DNA of 64,000 nt from an uncultured Gammaproteobacteria bacterium (GTDB lineage Bacteria; Patescibacteriota; Patescibacteriia; UBA9934): assembly GCA_964599455.1 (NCBI GenBank), contig CAZREA010000002.1, positions 51,810-115,809 of the forward strand. The letters run 5' to 3'. Both the position numbers and the translations under genes were made by a program. This document shows, piece by piece, positions 47,803-57,177 of this stretch. How positions within the stretch are numbered: the first letter of the stretch is position 1; every line of letters starts with the position of its first letter. The notes below the pieces were generated by a model, which worked only from the letters and a program-made list of their open reading frames with translations, had not been told where the DNA came from and ran no database searches.

Positions 47803-48978
47803 TTAATGACGATGAAGAACGCGCACGGAGCTATCAAGCCAACGCTTTTCACAAGCCCAAGCGGCCAGGAGGGTGGATAACGGTACCGCCAGAATCAAGG
47901 CTGTGCCACCAACAAGTGCCCGCAATATTTCTTCTACAATCGTCTCGGTATTTAACAGCACCCACAAGGGTGGATTATCGGGCATCGAAAACAACAAAAA
48001 GAGCGGAAATGATGCCCCAACATAAGCCAATGCAAGCGTGTTAATGAGTGCAGCGATGTGCTCACGCCCAACAGAAAGTCCGCGTTTATACAATTCATAA
48101 AAATCAAGATTGGGGTTGGCATGATGAATTTCTTCAACGGCCGCCACTTGAGCAGTAGTCACATCATCAAGCACACCGAGTACACCAATAACAATTCCTC
48201 CTAACAACAGTCCACGCAAATCAAGTCCTGACAAATATCCTAATTGCAAATACACCGCCTCTTCGGTACTTGCACCTGTTAACATCGCAAAGGTTACTGA
48301 GAGATACGCTAAACCAAAAGCAACCGTCAGTGTCAACAATGTTGCCACCAAAGCGACATAACTGCGACGATGGAAGCCGTGAGAAAGCACAATTGAAACG
48401 ACAGCAATAACCACCGACCCAATAGCGCTTACCAAAAAGGGATTATCTCCGGCCACGATACGCGGCACCACATATGCAAGCAATACGACAAAAGAGATTC
48501 CCAAGCCAAATAACGACATGAACCCACGTTTTCGCCCTAATGCGATGGCAAGAGCAAAAAAGAATAGTGCAAAAACCGCAACAATTGGAAGGCGAAATTG
48601 ATCAATAACCACATACAGAGCTCCAGTGTTATTGGGAGATTTCATCATCAAAACTGGATCTCCTTCGCGCAAAAGCGTATGCGCCGATCCTGCCTTGGTA
48701 GTTGTATATTCGATTGTCTGTACAGAACCTTTCTCGTTTCCGGAAACGATTTCGACGAGCACAACTTGTGTAATATCACCAAAACCGGCGATCTCAGTTT
48801 CCTTTTGTTCAATAATGCTCAGCACGTTACCAAGCATATATGAGGGAAAGGTATCGTGAAGAACGGCTTGAGTTGAGGAAGGAATACCCGTGTCTTCCTG
48901 TGCAAGAAGCGAAAAAGGGGGAAATATCAAAAAGATACTGCAGATGACGCCGACAATGAGTAAAAAAATGTTTTTCAT
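47803..48978 (-). CDS. YibE/F-like polytopic membrane protein
   Basis: Signal peptide/TM, an extracytoplasmic domain, then 7-8 TM helices; resembles the YibE/F family. Confidence 0.55.
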   Translation of the reverse strand: MKNIFLLIVGVICSIFLIFPPFSLLAQEDTGIPSSTQAVLHDTFPSYMLGNVLSIIEQKETEIAGFGDITQVVLVEIVSGNEKGSVQTIEYTTTKAGSAHTLLREGDPVLMMKSPNNTGALYVVIDQFRLPIVAVFALFFFALAIALGRKRGFMSLFGLGISFVVLLAYVVPRIVAGDNPFLVSAIGSVVIAVVSIVLSHGFHRRSYVALVATLLTLTVAFGLAYLSVTFAMLTGASTEEAVYLQLGYLSGLDLRGLLLGGIVIGVLGVLDDVTTAQVAAVEEIHHANPNLDFYELYKRGLSVGREHIAALINTLALAYVGASFPLFLLFSMPDNPPLWVLLNTETIVEEILRALVGGTALILAVPLSTLLAAWACEKRWLDSSVRVLHRH

Positions 48979-49076
48979 ATATTTCTATGCACGGAAGATT
49001 GATCATTCTTCATCAGGGCAAAACGACCCTTTTTCTATACTAAACGTCCATCATCCACCATATCCCATCCCTATCC

Positions 49077-49781
49077 TTAGTGATACCACCCATGATCCCT
49101 TCCCTGTTCATGCGGCACCAAATGACGATTAAGACAAAAAATACGAGACGCTTCACGTTCAACAGCTGAGATATCGTGCGACACCATAATAATAGTCATA
49201 TGAGAAGACCGATGCAGTTGTCGCAAGACATCATAAAGTGTTTTTTGTTGTATTTCGTCCACTGCGGCCATGGGCTCATCGAGCACTAACACGCGTGGCT
49301 CGCCCGCAAGCGCACGGGCCAAAAAAGCGCGTTGACGCTCACCACCGGAAACATTCCCAATACGACGCTGCGCCAGATGTTCAATACCACACACGCGCAA
49401 GGCTTTTTGCACACGCGCTTTATCGTGCGTGGTTAAGCGGCGCAAAGGACCGCGCAGTGCGGTTCGACCACTCATGACGATTTCAGCAACCGTGGCCGGA
49501 AAAGCATGATGAAACGAAGCAGCATGTTGCGGTACAAAACCAACTTGCGCTCGCGACGCTGCAATCGCAGATTTACCAAACCAGGTGACGCTTCCCTCTT
49601 GAACTGGCAATAAACCCAGTAATAACTCTAGCAATGTAGTTTTTCCCCCACCATTTGGACCGATTATACCAACATATTCTCCTTCACGAATTTCAAAATC
49701 GATATGATCTAAAACAAGCGTTTCTCCACGGGAGAAACGGAGATCTTGAACTTTTACAATGGGACGACGTAATGAAGGCAT
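49077..49781 (-). CDS. znuC: metal ABC transporter ATP-binding protein (ZnuC-like)
   Basis: Walker A GPNGGGKTTLL, signature LSGGERQRAFLARAL, Walker B LVLDEP. Confidence 0.85.
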   Translation of the reverse strand: MPSLRRPIVKVQDLRFSRGETLVLDHIDFEIREGEYVGIIGPNGGGKTTLLELLLGLLPVQEGSVTWFGKSAIAASRAQVGFVPQHAASFHHAFPATVAEIVMSGRTALRGPLRRLTTHDKARVQKALRVCGIEHLAQRRIGNVSGGERQRAFLARALAGEPRVLVLDEPMAAVDEIQQKTLYDVLRQLHRSSHMTIIMVSHDISAVEREASRIFCLNRHLVPHEQGRDHGWYH

Positions 49782-49785
49782 GATT

Positions 49786-50742
49786 TTATTGGCAATTCAG
49801 TGCTGATTGTAACGCGTGAAGATTTTCCTGCATCAGTGAGAGATAGGCTTTCCCTTGGCTTCGTTGTTCATCGGTAAGGGTTTCGATAGGATGAAGAACG
49901 GCCGTCGTTCCATCAATCTCTTCGGCAATAGTTTGGGCTAATGCAGGATTTGTTGCTTCTTCAAAAAAGATGGTGTGCACACCTAAAGCGCGAGCTTGGG
50001 TAACAATATCTGCAATATCCTGAGCAGACGGCTCTTCATCATGATGCACGCCAATTACTCCATGCATAGTGACATCATACCGCATTTGCCAATACTGAAA
50101 GGCATCGTGCGCGACCACGACGTCATGTAATTTGCAGGTGCTGAGTTCTCTCTGGAAATCAGTATCAAGTTGCTGGAGCCGTTCTTGATACCGTGTCGCA
50201 TTCTGTGCAAAAAGCTGGGCATGTACAGGGTCTGCTACGCTGAGTTCTTGAGCGATGAGCGCGACTATCTGTTTCGCAAGATCAGGTGACAACCAAAAAT
50301 GAGGATCGGGAAAATTCTCCTGATATTCATATATCCACTCATCCTCATGTCCATCTTTTTCTGCTTGTAACAATAAACCAGTCATGCGTTCAGCGATAAC
50401 AAATCCACGTTGCACGGAAGATAAATTGTGTTCAATCATTTCTTCCATCCACGGATCAATGCCTGCACCATGTGCAAACAGCAGATCAGCGTTACTGAGC
50501 TTTGCCAAATCCTGCACCGAAGGCTCGTAATCATGAGGTTCAGCACCATCAGGAACGACTTGGATGACCAACACCGCTTCGCCGCCAACTATTTCAATAA
50601 AATGCGCCAATGGATAAAAAGAGGTCGCAACCGTCAAGCGATTGTCTGATGAAACGCTTTGCGTCTGTGGCCGGGTCATGAAAAAGATACCGACTACGAC
50701 AATACCCAAAAGAACACATCCAATCCTTACGAGGTTTTTCAT
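49786..50742 (-). CDS. znuA: metal (Zn/Mn) ABC transporter substrate-binding protein (ZnuA/TroA-like)
   Basis: TroA-like fold (two lobes with His/Asp-rich metal-binding regions); start taken at the internal ATG at 50742 (MKNLVRIG...). Confidence 0.75.
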   Translation of the reverse strand: MKNLVRIGCVLLGIVVVGIFFMTRPQTQSVSSDNRLTVATSFYPLAHFIEIVGGEAVLVIQVVPDGAEPHDYEPSVQDLAKLSNADLLFAHGAGIDPWMEEMIEHNLSSVQRGFVIAERMTGLLLQAEKDGHEDEWIYEYQENFPDPHFWLSPDLAKQIVALIAQELSVADPVHAQLFAQNATRYQERLQQLDTDFQRELSTCKLHDVVVAHDAFQYWQMRYDVTMHGVIGVHHDEEPSAQDIADIVTQARALGVHTIFFEEATNPALAQTIAEEIDGTTAVLHPIETLTDEQRSQGKAYLSLMQENLHALQSALNCQ

Positions 50743-50756
50743 AATAAGAAAACGTA

Positions 50757-51449
50757 TCACGTGGCACTGCCGTAAGCAAGGGTGAGAACTTCGATTCGCT
50801 TTGCACCTGCTGCTTGTAATGCCAAAGCTGCTGCGGTGGCCGTTGAGCCGGTTGTCCACACATCATCCACAAGCAGAATCGTTTTTTCTCGAACCATATC
50901 AGGCTTTACACAAAGAAAAGGTTGTTCGGTGATAATCGCGACTCGTTCCTGTTTGTCCTTTTGCGCCTGCGCCTTGCCCGGAGTCCGTGTCAGGACATCA
51001 CAAACAGGTTTTTGCAGAAAATCCCCTACCCCATCCGCTATGGTTCTCGCTTGATTAAAACCTCGCTCGGCCTGTTTTTGTGGAGCTAACGGAACAGGAC
51101 AGATGCAATCACTATCGCCAAATAGTGACCCAACCTGTTCTCTTTCTAAATGTTCTTTCGTTAAAAACCATAACAGTTCAATACCCTGTTTATCTCCACT
51201 ATATTTATAAGCTTGCAACAATTGACGTACGGTTGGTGATCCATACGGAAAAAATGCCTGTACTCGGGCAATTGGCTCGGGAATCTCGGTTGGATGCCAG
51301 ATATTTTTCGGTCTTTCAAAGACATCAGTACATGATCGACAGAGCAAATCTCCTTCCGTCCCACAGGTAACACACTGCCGCGGGAAACAGGCATCAAGAA
51401 GCAAGGTCCACCAACGACCTATTCCCAACGATATTGCGCGACCTTCCAT
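50757..51449 (-). CDS. comF: ComF family protein (phosphoribosyltransferase-like competence protein)
   Basis: N-terminal C4 zinc finger (CVTCGTEGDLLCRSC) and a C-terminal PRTase motif ILLVDDVWTTGST. Confidence 0.75.
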   Translation of the reverse strand: MEGRAISLGIGRWWTLLLDACFPRQCVTCGTEGDLLCRSCTDVFERPKNIWHPTEIPEPIARVQAFFPYGSPTVRQLLQAYKYSGDKQGIELLWFLTKEHLEREQVGSLFGDSDCICPVPLAPQKQAERGFNQARTIADGVGDFLQKPVCDVLTRTPGKAQAQKDKQERVAIITEQPFLCVKPDMVREKTILLVDDVWTTGSTATAAALALQAAGAKRIEVLTLAYGSAT

Positions 51450-52003
51450 GTGGTATCGGCTTTGACAAGCACAAGAACAATTTCTTGATAACGAACTTCG
51501 GCATTCCCCGGATTGCCTCGCGCTTCATTGCGTTGCGTTTGGATACGCAGAGTCATTTCTGTATCGGTTTGGGAAACGGTTTTGGTACTCATAACCGTCG
51601 TTGAGATGCCATAATATCCGCCTTCAAGACTCTCTTCACTCTTACGGGAATCTTCGGCATTGCGTTCAAGCTCGGCACCAAGCTGATCGGTCACCAAACT
51701 CAAGACATCATGAATATTTTCGTAATTACTTTCTGATGAATAGCTGCCGAGACGCTCGACAAACGTGCGCGCCACAGTGGCCGGAGCCGTGACCTTGGGT
51801 GTGCTGGAAACGGTTGCGGGCGTGGTGGTATCGGTGGAAGTTGTCGGTTGGTCTTCGTTTGTTGGCAGAGTCTGTGTATTATCTGTTTCTGTGGTCTCAA
51901 CCTTAGCTTGTGGAGAGAATAAGAAAAGCCATAGCAATAAACCGATAAGGCCAAGTAGCAAAATAAGTGCCAAAACAATTTCGATAATGCGTTTGCGTTC
52001 CAT
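51419..52003 (-). CDS. hypothetical membrane-anchored protein (possible VirB8-like T4SS component)
   Basis: N-terminal TM, a Thr/Pro-rich linker and a ~100-aa globular C-terminus; lies at the edge of the T4SS-like cluster. Confidence 0.35.
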   Translation of the reverse strand: MERKRIIEIVLALILLLGLIGLLLWLFLFSPQAKVETTETDNTQTLPTNEDQPTTSTDTTTPATVSSTPKVTAPATVARTFVERLGSYSSESNYENIHDVLSLVTDQLGAELERNAEDSRKSEESLEGGYYGISTTVMSTKTVSQTDTEMTLRIQTQRNEARGNPGNAEVRYQEIVLVLVKADTTWKVAQYRWE

Positions 52004-52006
52004 AGA

Positions 52007-53938
52007 TTATACGTTGGATGGCGAAGATTCGCTTTGTTGCGATTGACGGAATTCTTCACGGGCACGTTCTTGTTGCAGAAGTTGCTCAGGATTTGTGGTG
52101 ATGAGTTGATCTTCCGTATACGAGGCTACCACCTTAATCGCTGCATGCTTTTGGCCGGCAAAGAAAATGCCCTCTCCAACGGCCGCTTCAAGCAACAAAT
52201 ACTTTTCATTTTGCGTAAGATTGAACGTACGCGCTACTAAATCAACGGCGGCCGGGGCTTGTTTGAGAAGAATCTGCAGCGATGAGTTTGTCACGATCGC
52301 TTGACCGTATTGTGAAGTAAGAAAATCGTTAACGTCTTGGGTAATGGTGGTGACGCCAAGATAGTATTTACGCGCGCGTTTGGCGAGCGCAAAAATAAAC
52401 TTGGCCGAATCTTCATTTTGCATGAGCCACCATGCTTCATCAATCACGAGAATACGCTTCTTTCGTTCAGAACGCACCACATTCCAAATGTAATTCACGA
52501 TAGTGTAGATGGCCATCGGTCGCAATTCATCTTCCAAATCACGCACAGAAAAAACCACCAGTTGATTGCGCATCTGTACGGTTGTAGGAGAATTCAGCAA
52601 GCCTGAAAATGTTCCGGTAGCATACTTTTCAATACGCGCCACCAAATTTTCTCCACCTTGCATACCCTGTAAAATATCCATGAGATCTCCCAAAACCGGA
52701 TAGTTCTCTACATTTACAAGCGATGGTAAATCGGGCGTAATATCTTTTTTGGCATATGCCTCCAACAAGGCACGATCGAGCATACTATCTTCCTCTGGTG
52801 TAAATCCCAACACCCCTCGCTCCCCCATCGGTTTACCAATCATGATACGCAAAAGACCCTTAAGCGTAATAACGGCACTGCGCAAAATATCATCAACAGA
52901 TGTTTCTTCACCTTTAGGACGAGGAAGATCAAAGGGATTCACTTTGGCTTCTGAAGCCAAGGAAACATTAATAAACGTACCCCCAACCGCATCGGACAAT
53001 TGGCGATATTCCATTTCCGGATCAATGACAATAACATCGGTTCCCATCATGAGTGAACGTAAGATTTCGAGTTTTACCGTATAGCTTTTACCGGCACCGG
53101 AACTGGCAAAGACGACGGTGTTCGCATTTTGTAACGAAAAACGATCAAATAAAATGAGCGAGTTATTGTGACGATTGATGCCGTATAAAATACCATTGTC
53201 ACTGGTAACATCAGACGAGGTGAACGGAAATGACGACGCAATCGGCGACGTGTTCATGTTAAAACTAATCATGAGTTCGTCGTTGCACAGCGGCAGCGTG
53301 GAATTAAAACCTTGTTCGGATTGATAAAACCCGCGCTTACTGTACATGAGCTTGGTGCCGAAAATCGATTCGATCTCTTCAGTTCGTTTATCCAGTTCTT
53401 CTTTACTTTTGGCGTACACGGTCACGTAAAACGCAAATTGGAAAAAATGTTCGATGCCTTGGGTTAAATCATCACGAAGCTGTTCGACATCGCGCAAGGC
53501 CGTTTCTTGAATAGGATCACGAGGCTTTCCCGTGTCGTGATCGGAGACGATTTGCGACTCGATGATACCGACTTTATCGCGCAGCTGCTTGAGAATAACT
53601 TCGGGTGGAATGGGATAAAAATACATCCCCATATCAATCGTTCCTTTGTAATTGATAATGGGTCCTCCCCATCCAATTCCCACATAACGAGGGTAAGCGG
53701 TCACAAAAAGCGTACGTACGTACCGATCGCCTAGGATAAGAAAATTTGGCTGCACGTCAAACGATGATGGTGCAATCAAATCACGAATAGAAACGGTACC
53801 GCGTCGATAAGTGCGCTCTTCTTCGAGCGTGGTTTTTTCTTCAACGCTGCGCAGCTCTTTATCGGATAATACGCGCTGCGTGCCGGCTTTGGCTGCAGCT
53901 GCCTGCTGCCGTTTGAGATCTTCAATGTTAAACGACAT
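52007..53938 (-). CDS. virB4: VirB4/TraE-like conjugal-transfer ATPase, C-terminal (ATPase) part
   Basis: Walker A ASSGAGKSYT, IDPEMEY and DEAW (Walker B); AAA_10/DUF87-like architecture. Confidence 0.8.
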   Translation of the reverse strand: MSFNIEDLKRQQAAAAKAGTQRVLSDKELRSVEEKTTLEEERTYRRGTVSIRDLIAPSSFDVQPNFLILGDRYVRTLFVTAYPRYVGIGWGGPIINYKGTIDMGMYFYPIPPEVILKQLRDKVGIIESQIVSDHDTGKPRDPIQETALRDVEQLRDDLTQGIEHFFQFAFYVTVYAKSKEELDKRTEEIESIFGTKLMYSKRGFYQSEQGFNSTLPLCNDELMISFNMNTSPIASSFPFTSSDVTSDNGILYGINRHNNSLILFDRFSLQNANTVVFASSGAGKSYTVKLEILRSLMMGTDVIVIDPEMEYRQLSDAVGGTFINVSLASEAKVNPFDLPRPKGEETSVDDILRSAVITLKGLLRIMIGKPMGERGVLGFTPEEDSMLDRALLEAYAKKDITPDLPSLVNVENYPVLGDLMDILQGMQGGENLVARIEKYATGTFSGLLNSPTTVQMRNQLVVFSVRDLEDELRPMAIYTIVNYIWNVVRSERKKRILVIDEAWWLMQNEDSAKFIFALAKRARKYYLGVTTITQDVNDFLTSQYGQAIVTNSSLQILLKQAPAAVDLVARTFNLTQNEKYLLLEAAVGEGIFFAGQKHAAIKVVASYTEDQLITTNPEQLLQQERAREEFRQSQQSESSPSNV

Positions 53939-53941
53939 AGG

Positions 53942-54643
53942 TTAAGACAGTTTGGTTTCAAGTTGCAGCTTCGCAATCTCTTCGAGTGGTTGCGTATCGG
54001 CAACTTCAGGATTATAGGTGTTGTAATACAACTCAATAAGGCCCTGCGTATCAAGGAGCGCCACCGCAAGTCCCATACTTTCCAAGCCACCTCCAATCAT
54101 CTCTGCTCTACGCATGAGTCGTTCGTGGCGTTCGGCAAATTGCTTGGCATTGAGCTTTACTACTGAAGCCGGTGAGATGGCTGTTTGGACCTTAGCGAAA
54201 AAACCTTTGCCTTTTTCGCCCGATTCCGAAGGATCGTAGGGAATAATCACAAAAAAACGCTTTTGCATGATTTCTCCCAAATCGACCAGTTCTTTAATAA
54301 ACGAAACGTAATCGCGAATTTGTGTTTTTAACAGCTCGTTGGCAATGGTTTCTTCTTGTGATTTTAACTTTGCAAGATAGCCATCAATATTCATTTTGCG
54401 CGATTGAATGCAAATCTGAATTGGATGTTCGAGCGTATTTAAAAACTGCATGTAGCCTTGAATAACCGCTTGTTGTTCGTCGTCACTTTTGAGGGCAAAA
54501 TTGATACTGGAAACCATGAGCACACTGCGCATGGTGCCGTCTTTCATGACCACGGCATTTTCACGAATTTCGGCAATATCCAAAAAACGTTGCGTGGGAG
54601 GAGCGAATTTTGGCTTGGTCATGGTAGTGCTCGTTTTTGCCAT
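53942..54643 (-). CDS. VirB4-like N-terminal domain encoded as a separate ORF (split gene or pseudogene)
   Basis: FLDIAEIRENAVVMKDGTMRSVLMVSSINFALKSDDEQQAVIQGYMQFLNTL resembles the VirB4/PrgJ N-terminal region. Its stop TAA is separated by 3 nt (CCT) from the ATG of the ATPase ORF. Confidence 0.5.
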   Translation of the reverse strand: MAKTSTTMTKPKFAPPTQRFLDIAEIRENAVVMKDGTMRSVLMVSSINFALKSDDEQQAVIQGYMQFLNTLEHPIQICIQSRKMNIDGYLAKLKSQEETIANELLKTQIRDYVSFIKELVDLGEIMQKRFFVIIPYDPSESGEKGKGFFAKVQTAISPASVVKLNAKQFAERHERLMRRAEMIGGGLESMGLAVALLDTQGLIELYYNTYNPEVADTQPLEEIAKLQLETKLS

Positions 54644-54652
54644 ACAAAAATA

Positions 54653-55099
54653 TTATCTTCCCTCTTCTTCATCACTGCGATAAACGCCACCCGTATTCAC
54701 AACGAGCGTTAACTCAGACAAACGCGACGTTTCCAATGGACTTTTGACCGGACGTTTTTCCACAGCGGCGGCAATATCCTTTTTTAAATAGACGCGTAAA
54801 TCAGCATCAGACAGCGTTTTATCCCAAATACGACGAGCAGGTTTTTTGATCGTCTGAAAAACATTTAACACAATAAAATGCAACGGTTGCCCATTCACTT
54901 TACCAAAGGCAAAAGCTGCACCAAGCCCAGCAACGGGCAATCCAACGGCAAGCATGGCCACGACATTTAAAAAGATGCGATAAATAATAAATTCAGTCAC
55001 GATCACGCCGACCATGATAATAAATTGTCGCAAGGTAATCGGACCAAGAATTTTTGGCTCGACATCAAGAAATTGTGGCACGACAAATTGCTGAGGCAT
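54653..55099 (-). CDS. PrgI/VirB3-like small T4SS membrane protein
   Basis: Start taken at the internal ATG at 55099 (MPQQFVVPQFLDVEPKILGPITLRQF...) followed by two TM helices, matching the PrgI family layout. Confidence 0.5.
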   Translation of the reverse strand: MPQQFVVPQFLDVEPKILGPITLRQFIIMVGVIVTEFIIYRIFLNVVAMLAVGLPVAGLGAAFAFGKVNGQPLHFIVLNVFQTIKKPARRIWDKTLSDADLRVYLKKDIAAAVEKRPVKSPLETSRLSELTLVVNTGGVYRSDEEEGR

Positions 55100-55221
55100 G
55101 AGGGAAGTATAGCAGAAGGGAGAGAGGGGATTGAGGGAAAAGGATAAGGAATGTTTTTGAGGAGGTTTTAAGGAGGAATCAGGTGATAAAACATCACAAA
55201 TCATCCACATCTTCTCTCCCC

Positions 55222-57171
55222 TCAAAACCGCAGTCGCTCGTTTAACCCCGACAACGCCTTTACTTCGGCGGGGCCCAGGCTTTCGTCGCCCTTGGCGCGC
55301 AAACGCGCAGCAATCTCGGCGATAGCAACTGCATTTTGTAACGATTCGGTCATCATGCGCACGTATACTGTTTGCAGCGGGCTTTTGCGCCAAGCTAAAA
55401 TACCACGAACCCGTTCTTGATAATCACTTTTTTCCAGCGTTTCCAACAATGATTCAATTTTTCGCACCGCTTCTTCGGGTTGTGGCGATAAACGACGAAA
55501 ATCTGCCAGATTCATGGAGGCAAGTTGCTCAATAGGCCCCATGAGCTTGTTGCCCGGAACGACATCAGCAACTTTCTTTTGCTGCGCAGGCTCTGTCACC
55601 GGTGGCACACTGCCTTTGGTTAGCATTACTTTTGCGGGTGCGGGTTTTACCTCTTGTGCACGCGCCGTTGCCGCCGTTGCCTGTGCCGCTCGTTCAGCAT
55701 GGGCGTCGCGTGCACCCGAAACTTGCGCGCCAGGAAGAATGGGCGCGATGGAATCCGTAGGCAGCGAACCGGTAAGCGCGGCAAATTTCTTATCAAGCAT
55801 TTCCGCTTCTTGCAGTTCGATGCGATCAGCATCACGCTCGGCTATTTCTTCATCTTTCCCATCAACCGCAGAAACGGCTTCACCCGCCAAGCGATACATT
55901 TCTAATCCCGCCTTTATAGCCTCTAGAAGAAGAGGCAAGTGTGCGCCTTTCACTCGATAATCTCTCTCTAAAATATCGTGTGTTTGATACAGATCACGAA
56001 TACCTCGCAACGTTTTTCCTGCGATATCAGCAAAAGCTGCACGCGGTAATTGTACTTCATCAAGTGTGGCCCCGGCTTTTTCTAAAATATTATCGATCGC
56101 CTTGGCGAAAGCACCTTGCAACGCTTCGGCATGAGTTTTGTAGAGCTTCTTTGCAAGCTTCACATCAGCGATATCGGGCTGCGCGATTGCGTCATCCTGA
56201 CTCTTCTTTGTAGCGGGGCGAGTGCGCGAGGGATCTATCGTGCCCTTCCCAACGCTCTGTTTCTTCGGTTGTTCATGCAAAATCTCACCGCTAATTACGG
56301 GAACCTGGGCTGCAACGGCATGCGTGGGCATGATTTCGAGAGCGTGGTCGGGGGGGGTGATGATGGGCGCTGGTTCGGCCGCATCTGATGCCTTTTCCCC
56401 TGCGGCAAGGGAGACGGGTCGGCTTGCCCTGAGCGACGGCGAAGGGCGACCCGTCTGTACGTCGACAGAAGGCGCATCATGTCCGCTATCCGTTTTACTT
56501 GCCCTCCGAAGCTCGAGTGTCGGTGAGAGCGTAGGAGGGTCCGTTTTTGATCCGTCCTTATCCGTTCCTACTTCCCCCAACTCCACGCCATTAATCTCCT
56601 CCCCCAATATCTTCATTACTGCGTCATTCTGCTCTTTCGATAATCCCAATCCACCAATATTCAACGATCGACCAAAAAAGGTTCGTAAACTGTCATCAGT
56701 TTTTTGACCCGCGAGGCGTTGTTCGAGCAAAAAAGCCAAACGTTTTATGAGCACATCCGAAAATTGCACATTTGCTTTTTGAGCAATACGCTCGGCAAAT
56801 TTCTCAGACGTAATCCGTTCTTTTTCAACACGAAGCGCGGGATACGCTTTCACATCTCCACCCCAGGCAACAATTTGCTTTTCAACACCAGGAAGATATT
56901 TCTCCAAGGGCAGCAATCGATATCCCGCCACATCAGCAGCAATCTGTTTGGCTTTTTCTTCATCAATCGCAAACGCTTCTGCAATCATGGTAGGCATGTC
57001 GGCTAAAGGAAGTTGGTCGTCGAGAATAGCATCAGCGAGATCGAGAAACTCATTCGTCCGATCTTCGGGGAGTTGATATTTTTGAACGAGTTCATCCAAG
57101 ACATCATAAATTTGCCCATCCTGAAGAAAAGCACGAGTCGATGAAATATTCAGCAGTTTTGCTAAAACCAT
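55222..57171 (-). CDS. hypothetical protein in the T4SS-like cluster
   Basis: 649 aa with no recognised motif; contains RPE-like copy 3 in the opposite orientation (encoding GTDKDGSKTDPPTLSPTLELRRASKTDSG). Confidence 0.5.
   Translation of the reverse strand: MVLAKLLNISSTRAFLQDGQIYDVLDELVQKYQLPEDRTNEFLDLADAILDDQLPLADMPTMIAEAFAIDEEKAKQIAADVAGYRLLPLEKYLPGVEKQIVAWGGDVKAYPALRVEKERITSEKFAERIAQKANVQFSDVLIKRLAFLLEQRLAGQKTDDSLRTFFGRSLNIGGLGLSKEQNDAVMKILGEEINGVELGEVGTDKDGSKTDPPTLSPTLELRRASKTDSGHDAPSVDVQTGRPSPSLRASRPVSLAAGEKASDAAEPAPIITPPDHALEIMPTHAVAAQVPVISGEILHEQPKKQSVGKGTIDPSRTRPATKKSQDDAIAQPDIADVKLAKKLYKTHAEALQGAFAKAIDNILEKAGATLDEVQLPRAAFADIAGKTLRGIRDLYQTHDILERDYRVKGAHLPLLLEAIKAGLEMYRLAGEAVSAVDGKDEEIAERDADRIELQEAEMLDKKFAALTGSLPTDSIAPILPGAQVSGARDAHAERAAQATAATARAQEVKPAPAKVMLTKGSVPPVTEPAQQKKVADVVPGNKLMGPIEQLASMNLADFRRLSPQPEEAVRKIESLLETLEKSDYQERVRGILAWRKSPLQTVYVRMMTESLQNAVAIAEIAARLRAKGDESLGPAEVKALSGLNERLRF
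56483..56576. repeat. RPE-like palindromic element, copy 3, in frame inside the 55222-57171 gene, inverted orientation
   Basis: The plus strand reads ccgctatccgttttacttgccctccgaagctcgagtgtcggtgagagcgtaggagggtccgtttttgatccgtccttatccgttcc, the reverse complement of the copy 1 form. Confidence 0.7.
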
Positions 57172-57177
57172 ACCTCC